A program made the translations under genes and the position numbers. Under the pieces are notes generated by a model. The model saw nothing but the letters and a program-made list of their open reading frames with translations, did no database searches and had not been told where the DNA came from. Below are positions 26,828-38,968 of a stretch of 64,000 nt of DNA, one piece after another (the first letter of the stretch is position 1; every line of letters begins with the position of its first letter). The stretch is from an uncultured Sphingomonas sp. (GTDB taxonomy: Bacteria; Pseudomonadota; Alphaproteobacteria; Sphingomonadales; Sphingomonadaceae), in the NCBI GenBank assembly GCA_964244765.1, contig CAXTJX010000005.1:4606-68605 (forward strand). The letters are read 5' to 3'.

Positions 26828-28036
26828 TCAACCGACGCTGGCGCCGGGGGTGTTGACGCCCATCGACTGGAGGTACTTGCGCACGTTGCGCGCCGCCTGC
26901 CGCAAGCGCTGCTCGTTCTCGACGAGTGCGATGCGCACGAAACCTTCGCCGTTTTCCCCATAACCGACCCCTGGCGCGACCGCGACCTTGGCGCATGTCA
27001 GCATCTGCTTGCTGAACTCAAGGCTGCCCAGGTGCGCGAGCGCGGGTGGCAGGGGGGCCCAGGCGAACATCGACGCGCGCGGCGCGGGGATGTCCCACCC
27101 GGCGCGCGCGAAGCTCTCGACCAGCACGTCGCGGCGCTTGTGATACAGCGCGCGGTTCTTCTCGACGATGTCCTGCGGCCCGTTCAGCGCGGCGCACGCC
27201 GCCGCCTGGATCGGCGTGAACGCGCCGTAATCGAGATACGATTTCACCCGGCTCATCGCCGCGATCAGCGTCTTGTTGCCGACCGCGAAGCCGATCCGCC
27301 ACCCCGCCATCGAATAGGTCTTGGAGAGCGAGGTGAACTCGATCGCGATATCCTTTGCCCCCGGCACCTGCAGGATCGAGGGCGTCGGATTGCCGTCGTA
27401 ATACAGTTCCGAATAGGCCAGGTCGGAGATGATCCACACCCGGTTCTCCTGCGCCCACGCGACCAGCCGCTCGTAGAAAGCGAGATCGACCGCCTCGGCG
27501 GTGGGGTTCGACGGGTAATTGACCACCAGGATCGACGGGCGCGGCACGGTGAACGCCATCGCGCGGTCCAGCGCCGTGAAATAGCGTTCGTCCGGCGTGG
27601 TCGGCACCGCGCGGATCGTCGCGCCGGCGATGATGAAGCCGAAGGTGTGGATCGGGTAGGACGGGTTGGGCGCGAGCACCACGTCGCCCGGCGCGGTGAT
27701 CGCGGTGGCGAGGCTGGCGAGCCCCTCCTTCGATCCCATCGTCACGACGACCTCGCTTTCGGGATCGACCTCGACGCCGAAGCGGCGGCCGTAATAATTG
27801 GCTTGCGCGCGGCGCAGCCCGGGGATGCCCTTGGACTGCGAATAGCCATGCGCATCGGGTTTGCGCGCGACCTCGACCAGTTTCTCGATGACATGCTCGG
27901 GCGGCGGCAGATCGGGGTTGCCCATGCCGAGATCGATGATGTCCTCGCCGCCCGCCCGCGCCTGCGCGCGCATCGCGTTCACTTCGGCGATGACATAGGG
28001 CGGCAGGCGCTTCATGCGGTAGAATTCTTCAGGCAT
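26828..28036 (-). CDS. Class I aminotransferase (AlaC/LL-DAP aminotransferase-like)
   Basis: LPPYV, DLGMGNPD, NYPSNPT, SLSKTYSMAGWRIGF. Confidence 0.9.
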   Translation of the reverse strand: MPEEFYRMKRLPPYVIAEVNAMRAQARAGGEDIIDLGMGNPDLPPPEHVIEKLVEVARKPDAHGYSQSKGIPGLRRAQANYYGRRFGVEVDPESEVVVTMGSKEGLASLATAITAPGDVVLAPNPSYPIHTFGFIIAGATIRAVPTTPDERYFTALDRAMAFTVPRPSILVVNYPSNPTAEAVDLAFYERLVAWAQENRVWIISDLAYSELYYDGNPTPSILQVPGAKDIAIEFTSLSKTYSMAGWRIGFAVGNKTLIAAMSRVKSYLDYGAFTPIQAAACAALNGPQDIVEKNRALYHKRRDVLVESFARAGWDIPAPRASMFAWAPLPPALAHLGSLEFSKQMLTCAKVAVAPGVGYGENGEGFVRIALVENEQRLRQAARNVRKYLQSMGVNTPGASVG

Positions 28037-28175
28037 CGTCAGCATTCCGGTTGGAGGGAAACCCCTGCTTACGCCATCTGGGTCATCGACGTCACCCCGG
28101 CGCGGGAGGTCTCCGTCGAAGTAGCAGGTCGGATCGACCTTCATCCTCCGTGGTGGGCCTTATCCCCGGAGCTTT

Positions 28176-28304
28176 CCGTCACCCCGGGCCCTTCGGCAAG
28201 CTCAGGACAGGCTCGTTCGGGGGTCCACCAAGCGGCTTTCGACCGGAGTAATGGTGATCGTAGAGTTCGCGGCGGTGGACCCCGGAACGAGTCCGGGGTG
28301 ACGG
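28176..28304. repeat. Palindromic repeat family B, copy 3, with nested unit
   Basis: CCGTCACCCCGGG[CCCTTCGGCAAGCTCAGGACAGGC]...CCGGAACGAGTCCGGGGTGACGG. Confidence 0.85.
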
Positions 28305-28481
28305 TTTTCGTTGGGAAAAACCGCCGAAACCGAAGGTCGATCCGCTCTTAGAGCGTGGGACCCGAGGCCGGGCGGCGACGCCGTTCGGGCGTTTCGCGCC
28401 GAACCGGGCGTTATCGGCTTACGCTGGACATGACGAACGCGATCGACGCGATTAAGATGCCGGCAAAAGAGCGAGGACGCG

Positions 28482-30212
28482 ATGGCCGATTCCACCACTG
28501 TCGAAATGCCGACGCTCGCCGATCTGCAGCATTGGACGTGGGTGCTCGGGCGGGCGCAGCAACTGCTATTGGAGCACGGGTTCGCGACCATGTCGGCGGC
28601 CGAGAGCGCCTTGCCCGCCATCCCCGGCCTGACCGATGCGGCGACGCTGGCGCGGACGCGCGATTTCTGGTCGGACAGCCTGACGCTATGGCAGCGCATG
28701 CTGGCGCCGGGCGACGGCGAGCCCGTACCCGAACCGCCCGAACACGCCCGCGACAAGCGCTTCACGGCTCCGCGCTGGCGTGCCGATCCGGTGTTCGACT
28801 TCATCCGCCAGAGCTATCTGCTCTTTTCCGACCGGCTGCTCGCGCAGGTCGACGCGCTGGTGGGGGACGACAGGCAGCGCGAGCAGATGCGCTTCGCCGC
28901 GCGCGGTTTTCTCGACGCGATCAGCCCGTCGAACTTTCCCGCGACCAACCCCGAAGTGCTGGAGAAGACGATCGAGACGGGTGGCGAGAATTTGCTCAAG
29001 GGCTTGCGGAACATGCTCGCCGATCTCGGCAAGGGACAGCTCACGCATACCGACAACGCCGCGTTCGAGGTCGGGCGCAACCTCGCGGTGACGCCGGGCA
29101 AGGTGGTGCACCGCACCGATCTCTACGAATTGATCCACTATGCCCCGACGACCGACACGGTCCTGGCCACGCCGCTGGTGATCTTCCCGCCCTGGATCAA
29201 CCGCTTCTACATCCTCGACCTGACGCCGGAGAAAAGCTTCATCCGCTGGGCGGTCGCGCAGGGGCTGACGGTGTTCATCGTCTCCTGGCGCTCGGCCGAT
29301 GCGAGCATGAAGGACGTCGTGTGGGACGACTATATCGCCGCGCAGATCGAGGCGATCGATCTGGTGCGCCGGGCGCTCGACGTGCCGGCGGTGCATACGA
29401 TCGGCTATTGCGTGGCGGGCACCACGCTCGCCGCGACGCTGGCGATCCTGGCGGCGCGTGACGAAGCGGACAAGGTCGCCAGCGCCACCTTCTTCACCGC
29501 CCAGGTCGATTTCGAGAAAGCGGGGGAATTGCTGCACTTCGTGACCGACGATCAGCTCGCCTTGCTCGACACGCTCACCCCGGACGGTTTCCTCGACGGA
29601 CGCTATATGGCGTCGGTGTTCAACCAGTTGCGCGGACGCGACCTGATCTGGAATTACGTCACCAACAACTATCTGCTCGGCAGGGACTATGCGCCGTTCG
29701 ACCTGCTGCACTGGAACGGCGACACGACCAACCTGCCGGCGGTGTGGCATCGGCGCTACCTGCTCGACCTGTACCGCGACAATCTGCTGAGCAAGCCCGG
29801 CGCGCTGAGCGCCCTCGGCACACCGATCGACCTCTCGAAGGTCAGGACGCCGGCCTATATCCAGGCCGGGCGCGACGACCATATCGCACCGGCCGAAAGC
29901 GTGTGGGCGCTGACGCGGCATCTGGCCGGCGAGACGAAGTTCGTGCTTGCCGGATCGGGGCATATCGCCGGCGTGGTGAATCCGCCGTCGAGCGGGAAAT
30001 ACCAATATTGGCTCAATCCCGCGCCGGTGGAGACGCTCGACGATTTCCTCGCCGGCGCGACCGAGACCAAGGGTAGCTGGTGGCCCGACTGGGTCGAGTG
30101 GCTGCGGTCGCGGGATGACGAGGCAGTCGCGGCAAAACCGGCGCGGGAACCCGGCAACGGCTTGCTCGACGCGATCGGGGAGGCGCCGGGCTATTATGTC
30201 AAGGCGCACTGA
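28482..30212 (+). CDS. phaC: Class I PHA synthase
   Basis: PPWINRFYILDL, lipase box IGYCVAG, DDHIAP, SGHIAG. Confidence 0.95.
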   Translation: MADSTTVEMPTLADLQHWTWVLGRAQQLLLEHGFATMSAAESALPAIPGLTDAATLARTRDFWSDSLTLWQRMLAPGDGEPVPEPPEHARDKRFTAPRWRADPVFDFIRQSYLLFSDRLLAQVDALVGDDRQREQMRFAARGFLDAISPSNFPATNPEVLEKTIETGGENLLKGLRNMLADLGKGQLTHTDNAAFEVGRNLAVTPGKVVHRTDLYELIHYAPTTDTVLATPLVIFPPWINRFYILDLTPEKSFIRWAVAQGLTVFIVSWRSADASMKDVVWDDYIAAQIEAIDLVRRALDVPAVHTIGYCVAGTTLAATLAILAARDEADKVASATFFTAQVDFEKAGELLHFVTDDQLALLDTLTPDGFLDGRYMASVFNQLRGRDLIWNYVTNNYLLGRDYAPFDLLHWNGDTTNLPAVWHRRYLLDLYRDNLLSKPGALSALGTPIDLSKVRTPAYIQAGRDDHIAPAESVWALTRHLAGETKFVLAGSGHIAGVVNPPSSGKYQYWLNPAPVETLDDFLAGATETKGSWWPDWVEWLRSRDDEAVAAKPAREPGNGLLDAIGEAPGYYVKAH

Positions 30213-30253
30213 ACTGCCGTGATATCAATGCCTTGATTGCCGTATGACACTTA

Positions 30254-30321
30254 TGTTGCGCTGCAACAAAACCTCTTGCAAATCGTATGGATCGATTTAT
30301 ATTGCACTGCAGCAATATTGC
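30254..30321. promoter_or_regulatory. PhaR-type TGC-rich operators upstream of phasin
   Basis: TGTTGCGCTGCAACA palindrome (30254-30268) and ATTGCACTGCAGCAAT (30301-30316). Confidence 0.6.
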
Positions 30322-30335
30322 AGGAGCAATCGATC

Positions 30336-31130
30336 ATGGCCAGCAGGGGCCCATCGTCAAAAGCGCCCGCACCAGCCGCCAAGCCGGTGCCGAAAGTCGC
30401 CGTCGAGCCGAAGGCGGCCAAGCCGGCCGCGCCGAAAGCGGCGGTCGTCAAGCCCGAGGCAAAGCCTGCTCCGGTCGCCGCGAAGATCGCCGCCAAGCCA
30501 GTCGTGGCGACCGCGCCGCCGGTTGCGCCGGTGCCCGTCGTCGATCCGGTCGTGGATCCCCGACCCGTTCTTGCCGCTGAAGTACCTGAAATCGTCCCGG
30601 AACCCGTCGTCCCGGAACCTATCGTCCCAGAACCCGCCGTCGCAGCCGCGGCGGCCGTCATCGAGAAGGAAACCGTTACCATGGAAGCCACCGTCAAGTC
30701 CGCCGCCGAAAAGGTCCAGGCCCAGGCCAAGTCGCTGTTCGGCGATGTCAACGATCGCACCAGGACCGCCCTGGAAAAAAGCTCGAAGGCGTTCGAGGAA
30801 TTCAACGATTTCTCGAAGGGCAATGTCGAGGCGCTCGTCGAATCGTCGAAGATCGCAGCCCGGGGTGCCGAGGATATCGGCAAGTACACCACCGACTATG
30901 TCAAGGCGACGGTCGAGAAGGCCAATGCCGCGGCCAGGCAGTTCGCGGCGGTCAAGTCGCCGACCGAATTGTTCAAGCTCCAGGGCGAGCATGCCAAGGA
31001 AGCGCTGGACTCGGTGATGGCCGAGACCGCCAAGTTCACCGAAAACTATCTCAAGCTGCTCGGCGAAATCGCCCAGCCGATCTCGAATCGCGTCGCGATC
31101 GCCGCCGAGAAGATCAAGATCGCCGCGTAA
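30336..31130 (+). CDS. phaP: Phasin with Pro/Ala/Lys-rich N-terminal extension
   Basis: KGNVEALVES, KSPTELFKLQ, PISNRV; downstream of phaC. Confidence 0.85.
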   Translation: MASRGPSSKAPAPAAKPVPKVAVEPKAAKPAAPKAAVVKPEAKPAPVAAKIAAKPVVATAPPVAPVPVVDPVVDPRPVLAAEVPEIVPEPVVPEPIVPEPAVAAAAAVIEKETVTMEATVKSAAEKVQAQAKSLFGDVNDRTRTALEKSSKAFEEFNDFSKGNVEALVESSKIAARGAEDIGKYTTDYVKATVEKANAAARQFAAVKSPTELFKLQGEHAKEALDSVMAETAKFTENYLKLLGEIAQPISNRVAIAAEKIKIAA

Positions 31131-31155
31131 GCGCGATCCGCTTTGGCGATTGCGA

Positions 31156-31184
31156 GGGGCGGTCCCGGGAGGGGCCGCCCTTTT
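31156..31184 (+). terminator. Rho-independent terminator of phasin
   Basis: GGGCGGTCC-loop-GGGCCGCCC-TTTT. Confidence 0.75.
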
Positions 31185-31247
31185 CGTATCGCCTTTCGCA
31201 TGCCGCCTCTTGCCCTCGCCCCCGGCAATGCCATATTTTGGCGACAG

Positions 31248-31613
31248 ATGATCGACAGCGACACCTTTTCGATGGCCCCGGGACCGAATGGCGGGCAGGA
31301 CGACGCACCCGGCGACGGCACCGGCCTCGGCGTCGCCACGCGCACCCGTAGCAAGACCAAGCAGCCGACGCCGTATCGCGTGCTGCTGCTCAACGACGAT
31401 TACACGCCGATGGAATTCGTCGTGCTCGTGCTCCAGCGCTTCTTCCGCATGGACATGGAAGCAGCGACGCGCGTGATGCTCCACGTCCACCAGAAGGGCG
31501 TCGGCGTGTGCGGCATCTTCAGCTACGAAGTGGCGGAGACCAAGGTCAGCCAGGTGATCGACTTCGCGCGCCAGAACCAGCATCCGCTGCAATGCATGCT
31601 GGAAAAGGCCTGA
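31248..31613 (+). CDS. clpS: Clp protease adaptor ClpS
   Basis: [21 protein letters not shown]; upstream CTTG-N18-CCATAT. Confidence 0.95.
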   Translation: MIDSDTFSMAPGPNGGQDDAPGDGTGLGVATRTRSKTKQPTPYRVLLLNDDYTPMEFVVLVLQRFFRMDMEAATRVMLHVHQKGVGVCGIFSYEVAETKVSQVIDFARQNQHPLQCMLEKA

Positions 31614-31619
31614 CGCGGT

Positions 31620-32354
31620 TCACCGCGCCGGCGGCAACCAGCCCAGTTCCAGTCCGGCGTAGCGATCGACAAAATTCGCCGACCGTTCGAGCGCGCGCTC
31701 GTCGCGGAAGGTGAAACGGCCGGCTTCGCGCGCGATCATCCGCTCGTTCTCCAATTGCCGCAGCATGCGGTTGACGTGCACCGCGGTCAGCCCGGTCGCG
31801 TCGCCAATCTCTTCCTGCGTCAGGCCGAGCACGAAGCTGTCGGCAATGTCCTTGTCGAGCATCCGCATGCGGTTGCGCATCTCGATCAGGATCGCGGCGA
31901 CCCGTGCCTTGGCCGAGGTGCGGCCGAGTGCCGCCAGCCGGTCGGTCAGCGCCGCGCGTTCGATCTGGTTATAGACCATGATCAGCGCCGCGAGCCGCGG
32001 ATGCTCGGTTATCAGCGCGGCGAAGGCCGGGCGTTCGAACGGACTGACCACGCAGTCCGACAGCGCGGAGATCGTCTCGGTCGCCTCGCGATAGACCAGG
32101 CTCGACACGGCCAGCATGTCGCCGGCGAAATGGAAGCGCAGGATCTGGCGGCTGCCGTCGTCGAGCAATACCGAGCTCATCATCATGCCCTTGCGCAGGA
32201 CGTACATGTCGCCGGCGCGGTCGTTCTCGCGCTGCAGCGTGGCGCCGCGCCGCAAATGCCGTTCGCGCTCCTCCAGCCGTTCCAGCGCAAGCCGTTCGCC
32301 CGGGGTCAGCATCACCATGTCGCCCAGACGCTCGGCGAAGCAACTCCCTGACAC
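31620..32354 (-). CDS. Crp/Fnr family transcriptional regulator
   Basis: DGSRQI, LTQEEIGDATGLTAVHVNR HTH; GTG start inferred. Confidence 0.88.
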   Translation of the reverse strand: MSGSCFAERLGDMVMLTPGERLALERLEERERHLRRGATLQRENDRAGDMYVLRKGMMMSSVLLDDGSRQILRFHFAGDMLAVSSLVYREATETISALSDCVVSPFERPAFAALITEHPRLAALIMVYNQIERAALTDRLAALGRTSAKARVAAILIEMRNRMRMLDKDIADSFVLGLTQEEIGDATGLTAVHVNRMLRQLENERMIAREAGRFTFRDERALERSANFVDRYAGLELGWLPPAR

Positions 32355-32493
32355 GCGTGAAAATTCCCCTTTGAGTTCCTCCCTCAAAGCAGTGCGGCGG
32401 CATCTCTGCATTAAAGTCGATCAACCGGCGGGGTGACGTGCGCGTCCGCCGTATCGTGCTTGCGCGTTCGGGGTGAGGCGATAAACGAGAGGC

Positions 32494-33777
32494 ATGGACC
32501 GTATCCTCATCCGCGGCGGCAATCGCCTGTCGGGGCGCTTGCCCATTTCCGGCGCCAAGAACGCCGCGCTGACGCTGATGCCGTGCGCGCTGTTGACCGA
32601 GGAGCCGGTAACGCTGCGCAACCTGCCGCGTCTGGCCGATGTCGACAGCTTCGGGCATCTGCTCAACCAGCTCGGTGCCTCGACCCAGATCGAGGGCGCG
32701 CGGCCCGAGGATTTCGGGCGGGTGATGACGATCCGCACCGGCAAGCTGACCGCGACCGAGGCGCCGTACGACATCGTCCGCAAGATGCGCGCGTCGATCC
32801 TCGTGCTCGGCCCGCTGATCGGGCGGGCGGGCGAGGCGACGGTGTCGCTGCCCGGCGGCTGCGCGATCGGCAATCGTCCGATCGACCTGCATTTGAAAGC
32901 GCTCGAGGCGATCGGTGCGCGGCTCGACATGGCCGCCGGCTATGTGAAGGCGCGCGCGCCCGGCGGGCGGCTGTCGGGCGGCAGCTACACCTTCCCGATC
33001 GTCTCGGTCGGCGCGACCGAGAATGTCGTGATGGCGGCGGTCATGGCGCGGGGCGGCAGCCGCATCGAGAATGCCGCGCGCGAGCCCGAGATCGTCGATC
33101 TGTGCAACCTGCTCGTCGCGATGGGCGCGAAGATTTCGGGCATCGGCACCGAGACGCTGGAGATCGAGGGCGTCGACCGCCTCCACGGCGCGACCTACCG
33201 CGTGATGCCCGACCGGATCGAAGCGGGCAGCTACGCCTGCGCCGCCGCGATCACCGGCGGATCGGTCGAACTGCTCGGCGTCAAGCTGGACGACATGCGC
33301 GCGACCACCGCCGCGCTGGTCGAGGCCGGCGTCACGCTGGAGGAGAAAGGCGACAATCTGCTCGTCTCCGCCTCCGGCCCGCTAAAGCCCTTGACGCTGT
33401 CGACCGCACCGTTCCCCGGTTTCGCGACCGACATGCAGGCGCAATTCATGGCGATGCTGTGCCTGGGCGACGGCGCGAGCGTGCTGACCGAGACGATCTT
33501 CGAAAATCGCTATATGCATGTGCCCGAACTGGCGCGGATGGGCGCGAATATCGAGGTCCACGGCCGCACCGCCGTGGTACGCGGGGTCGAGCGGATGACC
33601 GGCGCGCCGGTGATGGCCACCGACCTGCGCGCCTCGATGAGCCTGATCATCGCGGGGCTGGTGGCGGACGGCGAGACACAGGTCAGCCGAGTCTATCATC
33701 TCGATCGCGGCTACGAACGGCTGGAAGAGAAATTGAGCGCGGTCGGTGCCGATATCGAGCGGGTGGGGGACGGTTGA
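32494..33777 (+). CDS. murA: UDP-N-acetylglucosamine 1-carboxyvinyltransferase
   Basis: [30 protein letters not shown]. Confidence 0.97.
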   Translation: MDRILIRGGNRLSGRLPISGAKNAALTLMPCALLTEEPVTLRNLPRLADVDSFGHLLNQLGASTQIEGARPEDFGRVMTIRTGKLTATEAPYDIVRKMRASILVLGPLIGRAGEATVSLPGGCAIGNRPIDLHLKALEAIGARLDMAAGYVKARAPGGRLSGGSYTFPIVSVGATENVVMAAVMARGGSRIENAAREPEIVDLCNLLVAMGAKISGIGTETLEIEGVDRLHGATYRVMPDRIEAGSYACAAAITGGSVELLGVKLDDMRATTAALVEAGVTLEEKGDNLLVSASGPLKPLTLSTAPFPGFATDMQAQFMAMLCLGDGASVLTETIFENRYMHVPELARMGANIEVHGRTAVVRGVERMTGAPVMATDLRASMSLIIAGLVADGETQVSRVYHLDRGYERLEEKLSAVGADIERVGDG

Positions 33778-33861
33778 GCGATCCGTACGCACCGCTGCGA
33801 CATCCGCGTGGATCGCGACATCCGGTGTGGCGGCTTCGCAGGAGAAGATGACCCGACGACC

Positions 33862-34626
33862 TTATGGCGCCAGGCCGATCAGCGCGATTTGCCGGCCGTA
33901 TCCCGGCTCGCCGCGATGCGTCGCGCGGCGGAAGCTGAAGAAGCGTGCTTGGTCGGCATAGGTATCAAGCCCGAGCGCAGCGACGCGTGTCACGCCGGCG
34001 GCGGCAAGGCGGTGGACGACATAGGCTTCGAGATCGAATTGTCGGCGACCGGCGCGTCCGTTGGCGAAGAAGCGCTCGTTCGCGGCGTCATCCGCCTCGA
34101 AACGGCGCGCGAACGCCTCGTCCACTTCGTAGCTGGAGCGGGCGATGCAGGGGCCGACGGCGGCGGCGATGCGGTCGCTTCTTGCGCCCAACGCTTCCAT
34201 CGCCAGGATCGTGGCATCGGTCACGCCGCCGAGCGCGCCCTTCCACCCGGCATGCGCCGCGCCGACCACGCCGGCCTCGCGGTCGGCGAGCAGCACCGGC
34301 GCGCAATCGGCGGTCAGGATGCCGAGCGCCAGGCCGGGCCGGTCGGTGACGAGCGCGTCGGCATGCGGGCGCACGCGATCTTCGTACGGGGTCAGCACCG
34401 TCACGCAATCGGCGGAATGGATCTGGTAGGGCGTCAGCAGCCGCGCACCCGGCAGCACCGCCTCGGTCGCCAGCGCGCGATTCGCGGCGACGGCCGCGGC
34501 ATCGTCGTCCGACCCGATGCCGACGTTCAGGCCGGCGTACAGCCCGGTCGACACCCCGCCCGCGCGCCCGAGGAAACCGTGCGCCACCCCGGCGAGCGTG
34601 CCCGTGCGGATCACGTCGACGCTCAC
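33862..34626 (-). CDS. pgeF: YfiH/PgeF (laccase-domain) protein
   Basis: QIHS, TADCAPVL, HAGWKG, FSFRR. Confidence 0.9.
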   Translation of the reverse strand: MSVDVIRTGTLAGVAHGFLGRAGGVSTGLYAGLNVGIGSDDDAAAVAANRALATEAVLPGARLLTPYQIHSADCVTVLTPYEDRVRPHADALVTDRPGLALGILTADCAPVLLADREAGVVGAAHAGWKGALGGVTDATILAMEALGARSDRIAAAVGPCIARSSYEVDEAFARRFEADDAANERFFANGRAGRRQFDLEAYVVHRLAAAGVTRVAALGLDTYADQARFFSFRRATHRGEPGYGRQIALIGLAP

Positions 34627-35147
34627 AACACCAGCCGCATCAGATTGTCGTCGTCGACCGTCTCGCCCACCCGGAACGCGATGCGCCCGATATCCTCGAA
34701 CCCGTATTTCTCGTAGAAGCGGTGCGCGCGGTGATTGTCGACATAGACGCTGAGGATGATCTCCTTCGCGCCGTGATCGCGCGCATGGCCGAGCGCCCAT
34801 GCCATCAATTCCTGCGCGACGCCTGCGCCGTGCCACGCGGCGAGCACGTAGAATTGATACAGTTCGATCGCATCCGGCCGCCATTCGCCGGGAAAGGTCA
34901 CCGGCCCCATCTTGACGAAGCCGATGATGGTCCCCGCGCCCGAGCCATCGTCGGCAAGCGCCAGCCGAATCGCGAAATCCGGATCGGACAATTGCGACGG
35001 CAAGCCGTTCGCGCCGAACGCCTCGTCGAGGAAGGCGGCGAGATCGGACTGGCGATACAGCGTGCCGAACGTCTCGGTGAACGACCGCCGCGCCGTCGCC
35101 GCCAGCGCCGGGCCGTCGACGGTGCGCGCGTCGCGATAGGTGATCAT
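34623..35147 (-). CDS. GNAT family N-acetyltransferase
   Basis: YVLAAWHGAGVA, NHRAHRFYEKYGF. Confidence 0.88.
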   Translation of the reverse strand: MITYRDARTVDGPALAATARRSFTETFGTLYRQSDLAAFLDEAFGANGLPSQLSDPDFAIRLALADDGSGAGTIIGFVKMGPVTFPGEWRPDAIELYQFYVLAAWHGAGVAQELMAWALGHARDHGAKEIILSVYVDNHRAHRFYEKYGFEDIGRIAFRVGETVDDDNLMRLVL

Positions 35148-36280
35148 GCGAACCCCGCAGGTTGCGGCCAGCCCGGCGCGGTGACGGCGAGGACCTGGAA
35201 AAGGTCGCCCATCTCCCCGGTCAGCCGCTGTTCGTCCATGGCGATCTGCGCCGTGCGGTCGGGTGCGGCCGCGGCCAGCGCGGCGGCACGCTGTTCGATG
35301 CCGAGCGCGATGAGGAACGCGCCTTGCCCGACCGGCCCGGCGACGCGCGCGCCCTCGACCAGGGCCGCCGCGCCGAGCGTGCCGAAATCGACATGCGCGG
35401 TCAGGTCCTGCTCGCCCGGCGCGTCGAACGGGTTGGCGAAGGCGTGGCCGCGCACCGCCTGCAAGGTGTCGCCGATCGCGGGGCCGTCATAGCCATAATC
35501 GATCGCCAGCAGCGCACCGCCCTGCACGACGATCTTCTGCGCGAGCGCGCGCAGGATCGCGACGCTGGCGGGCGAAGTCTCGATCATCGATCCGGGGGGG
35601 GCATCGCGCAACGCTTCGGGGATCACCGCATCGGGTACTTGCTTGCCCGCGATCGGCAGGAACAGCGTGTCCTGGCACGCGACCAGCCGCTCGAACCACC
35701 CGCCGGCGCCCTTGACGAGCTGCCGGATCGGCAAGGCGTCGAAGAATTCGTTGGCGACGACGATCAGCGGCCGGTCGGTCGGCAGCGGATCGACCGCGTC
35801 GTGCCACGTCGCGTGCGGCATCCGTTCGGCCTGCGCCGCGCGCAGCGTCGCACTGGTCTCGACCAGATGCACCGGCGGGATCAGCCCGGCCTTGGCCATC
35901 GCGCGCGTCGCGTCGGCGGCGAGCGTCCCGCGTCCGGGGCCAAGCTCGACCCATGCCGCCTCGGGCCGTCCGGCGCGGTCCCACAGGTCGGCACACCACA
36001 GCCCGACCAGTTCGCCGAACATCTGGCTGATCTCGGGCGCCGTGACGAAGTCGCCGCCGGCGCCCAGCGGATCACGCGTCGCATAATAATGCGCGTTCGC
36101 CGCCGCCATGAACTGGGCGAGCGAGATCGGCCCCGCCAGCGTGATCGCGCGGGCGAGGCGGTCGGCCAGAATCCCCCTCCCGCTTGCGGGAGAGATTGGG
36201 GGAAGGGAAGTCTTGGTCATCGTCGGACGCGCAATGCCCTCCCCCGACCCCTCCCGCAAGCGGGAGGGGAGAAGGATCAC
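35144..36280 (-). CDS. SAM-dependent methyltransferase, MidA/NDUFAF7 family
   Basis: [38 protein letters not shown]; GTG overlapping lgt stop (alternative ATG at 36220). Confidence 0.88.
   Translation of the reverse strand: MILLPSRLREGSGEGIARPTMTKTSLPPISPASGRGILADRLARAITLAGPISLAQFMAAANAHYYATRDPLGAGGDFVTAPEISQMFGELVGLWCADLWDRAGRPEAAWVELGPGRGTLAADATRAMAKAGLIPPVHLVETSATLRAAQAERMPHATWHDAVDPLPTDRPLIVVANEFFDALPIRQLVKGAGGWFERLVACQDTLFLPIAGKQVPDAVIPEALRDAPPGSMIETSPASVAILRALAQKIVVQGGALLAIDYGYDGPAIGDTLQAVRGHAFANPFDAPGEQDLTAHVDFGTLGAAALVEGARVAGPVGQGAFLIALGIEQRAAALAAAAPDRTAQIAMDEQRLTGEMGDLFQVLAVTAPGWPQPAGFA
36173..36271. repeat. Palindromic repeat family C inside 5' end of methyltransferase ORF
   Basis: CCCCCTCCCGCTTGCGGGAGAG...CCCCTCCCGCAAGCGGGAGGGG. 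Confidence 0.8.
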
Positions 36281-37167
36281 GCGACGCTCGCGCTCCCGGC
36301 GATCGGTTCGACGCGCTGGCGGCGGCCCTTGGCGGTGAGCACCAGATACAGCCCGCCGACGATCATCGGCAGCGTCAGCATCTGCCCCATATGGATCGTC
36401 GTCGCGAAGAACGTGCCCTCGAATTGCGAATCCGGCTCGCGGAAGAATTCGACGGCGAAACGCGCAAGGCCATAGCCGAGCAGGAACAGCCCGACGAGCT
36501 TGCCCGGCTCGTACCGCGCCTTGGTCTTCCAGAAGGCGAACCACAGCAACGCGAACAAGGCGATGCCCTCAAGTCCCGCCTCGTACAATTGGCTCGGGTG
36601 CCGCGCCATCTCGCCGCCGCCGCGCGTGAACACGATCGCCCACGGCACATCGGCCGGCTTGCCCCACAATTCGCCGTTCACGAAATTGGCGAGCCGACCG
36701 AAGAACAGCCCGAACGGCACGACACAGGCGACGTAATCGTGGATGCGCAGCCAATCGAGTTTCTGGCCCCTCGCGAACAGGATGATGCCGATCGAGGTGC
36801 CGATCATCCCGCCATGGAACGACATGCCGCCGTCCCACAGCTTGAAGATACCGAGCGAGAGCAGCAATTGCGGGGCGTAGAACAGCGCATAGCCCAGCCG
36901 CCCGCCGAGAATGATGCCGAGCGTCGCGTAGAACACCAGGTCGTCGGCATGGCGTCGTGCCATCGGGCTGCCCGGCTGCGCGATCAGCTTGAGCAGATAC
37001 CGCCAGCCGATGACGATGCCGGTGATATAGGCGATGGAATACCATTTGATCTGGAAGAAACCGAGGTCGAGCGCGACCGGGTCCAGGTGCAGGTCCTCGA
37101 ACCGGAGATGCGGATGCGCCGTCGTGGCCGCGGCGGCGAGCGTGGACAGGACGGCAGTCAGGATCAA
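36277..37167 (-). CDS. lgt: Prolipoprotein diacylglyceryl transferase
   Basis: [32 protein letters not shown]. Confidence 0.96.
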   Translation of the reverse strand: MILTAVLSTLAAAATTAHPHLRFEDLHLDPVALDLGFFQIKWYSIAYITGIVIGWRYLLKLIAQPGSPMARRHADDLVFYATLGIILGGRLGYALFYAPQLLLSLGIFKLWDGGMSFHGGMIGTSIGIILFARGQKLDWLRIHDYVACVVPFGLFFGRLANFVNGELWGKPADVPWAIVFTRGGGEMARHPSQLYEAGLEGIALFALLWFAFWKTKARYEPGKLVGLFLLGYGLARFAVEFFREPDSQFEGTFFATTIHMGQMLTLPMIVGGLYLVLTAKGRRQRVEPIAGSASVA

Positions 37168-37232
37168 GGCTTTTCCCCACGGGTTTGCCCCTCCATAAAG
37201 GGACCCACCGATAAGACCAAGCGGAGAGCGTG

Positions 37233-38936
<1,704 letters not shown>

Positions 38937-38968
38937 CGCGGCCCCAGCCGCCGCGATAGAGCAAGGCG

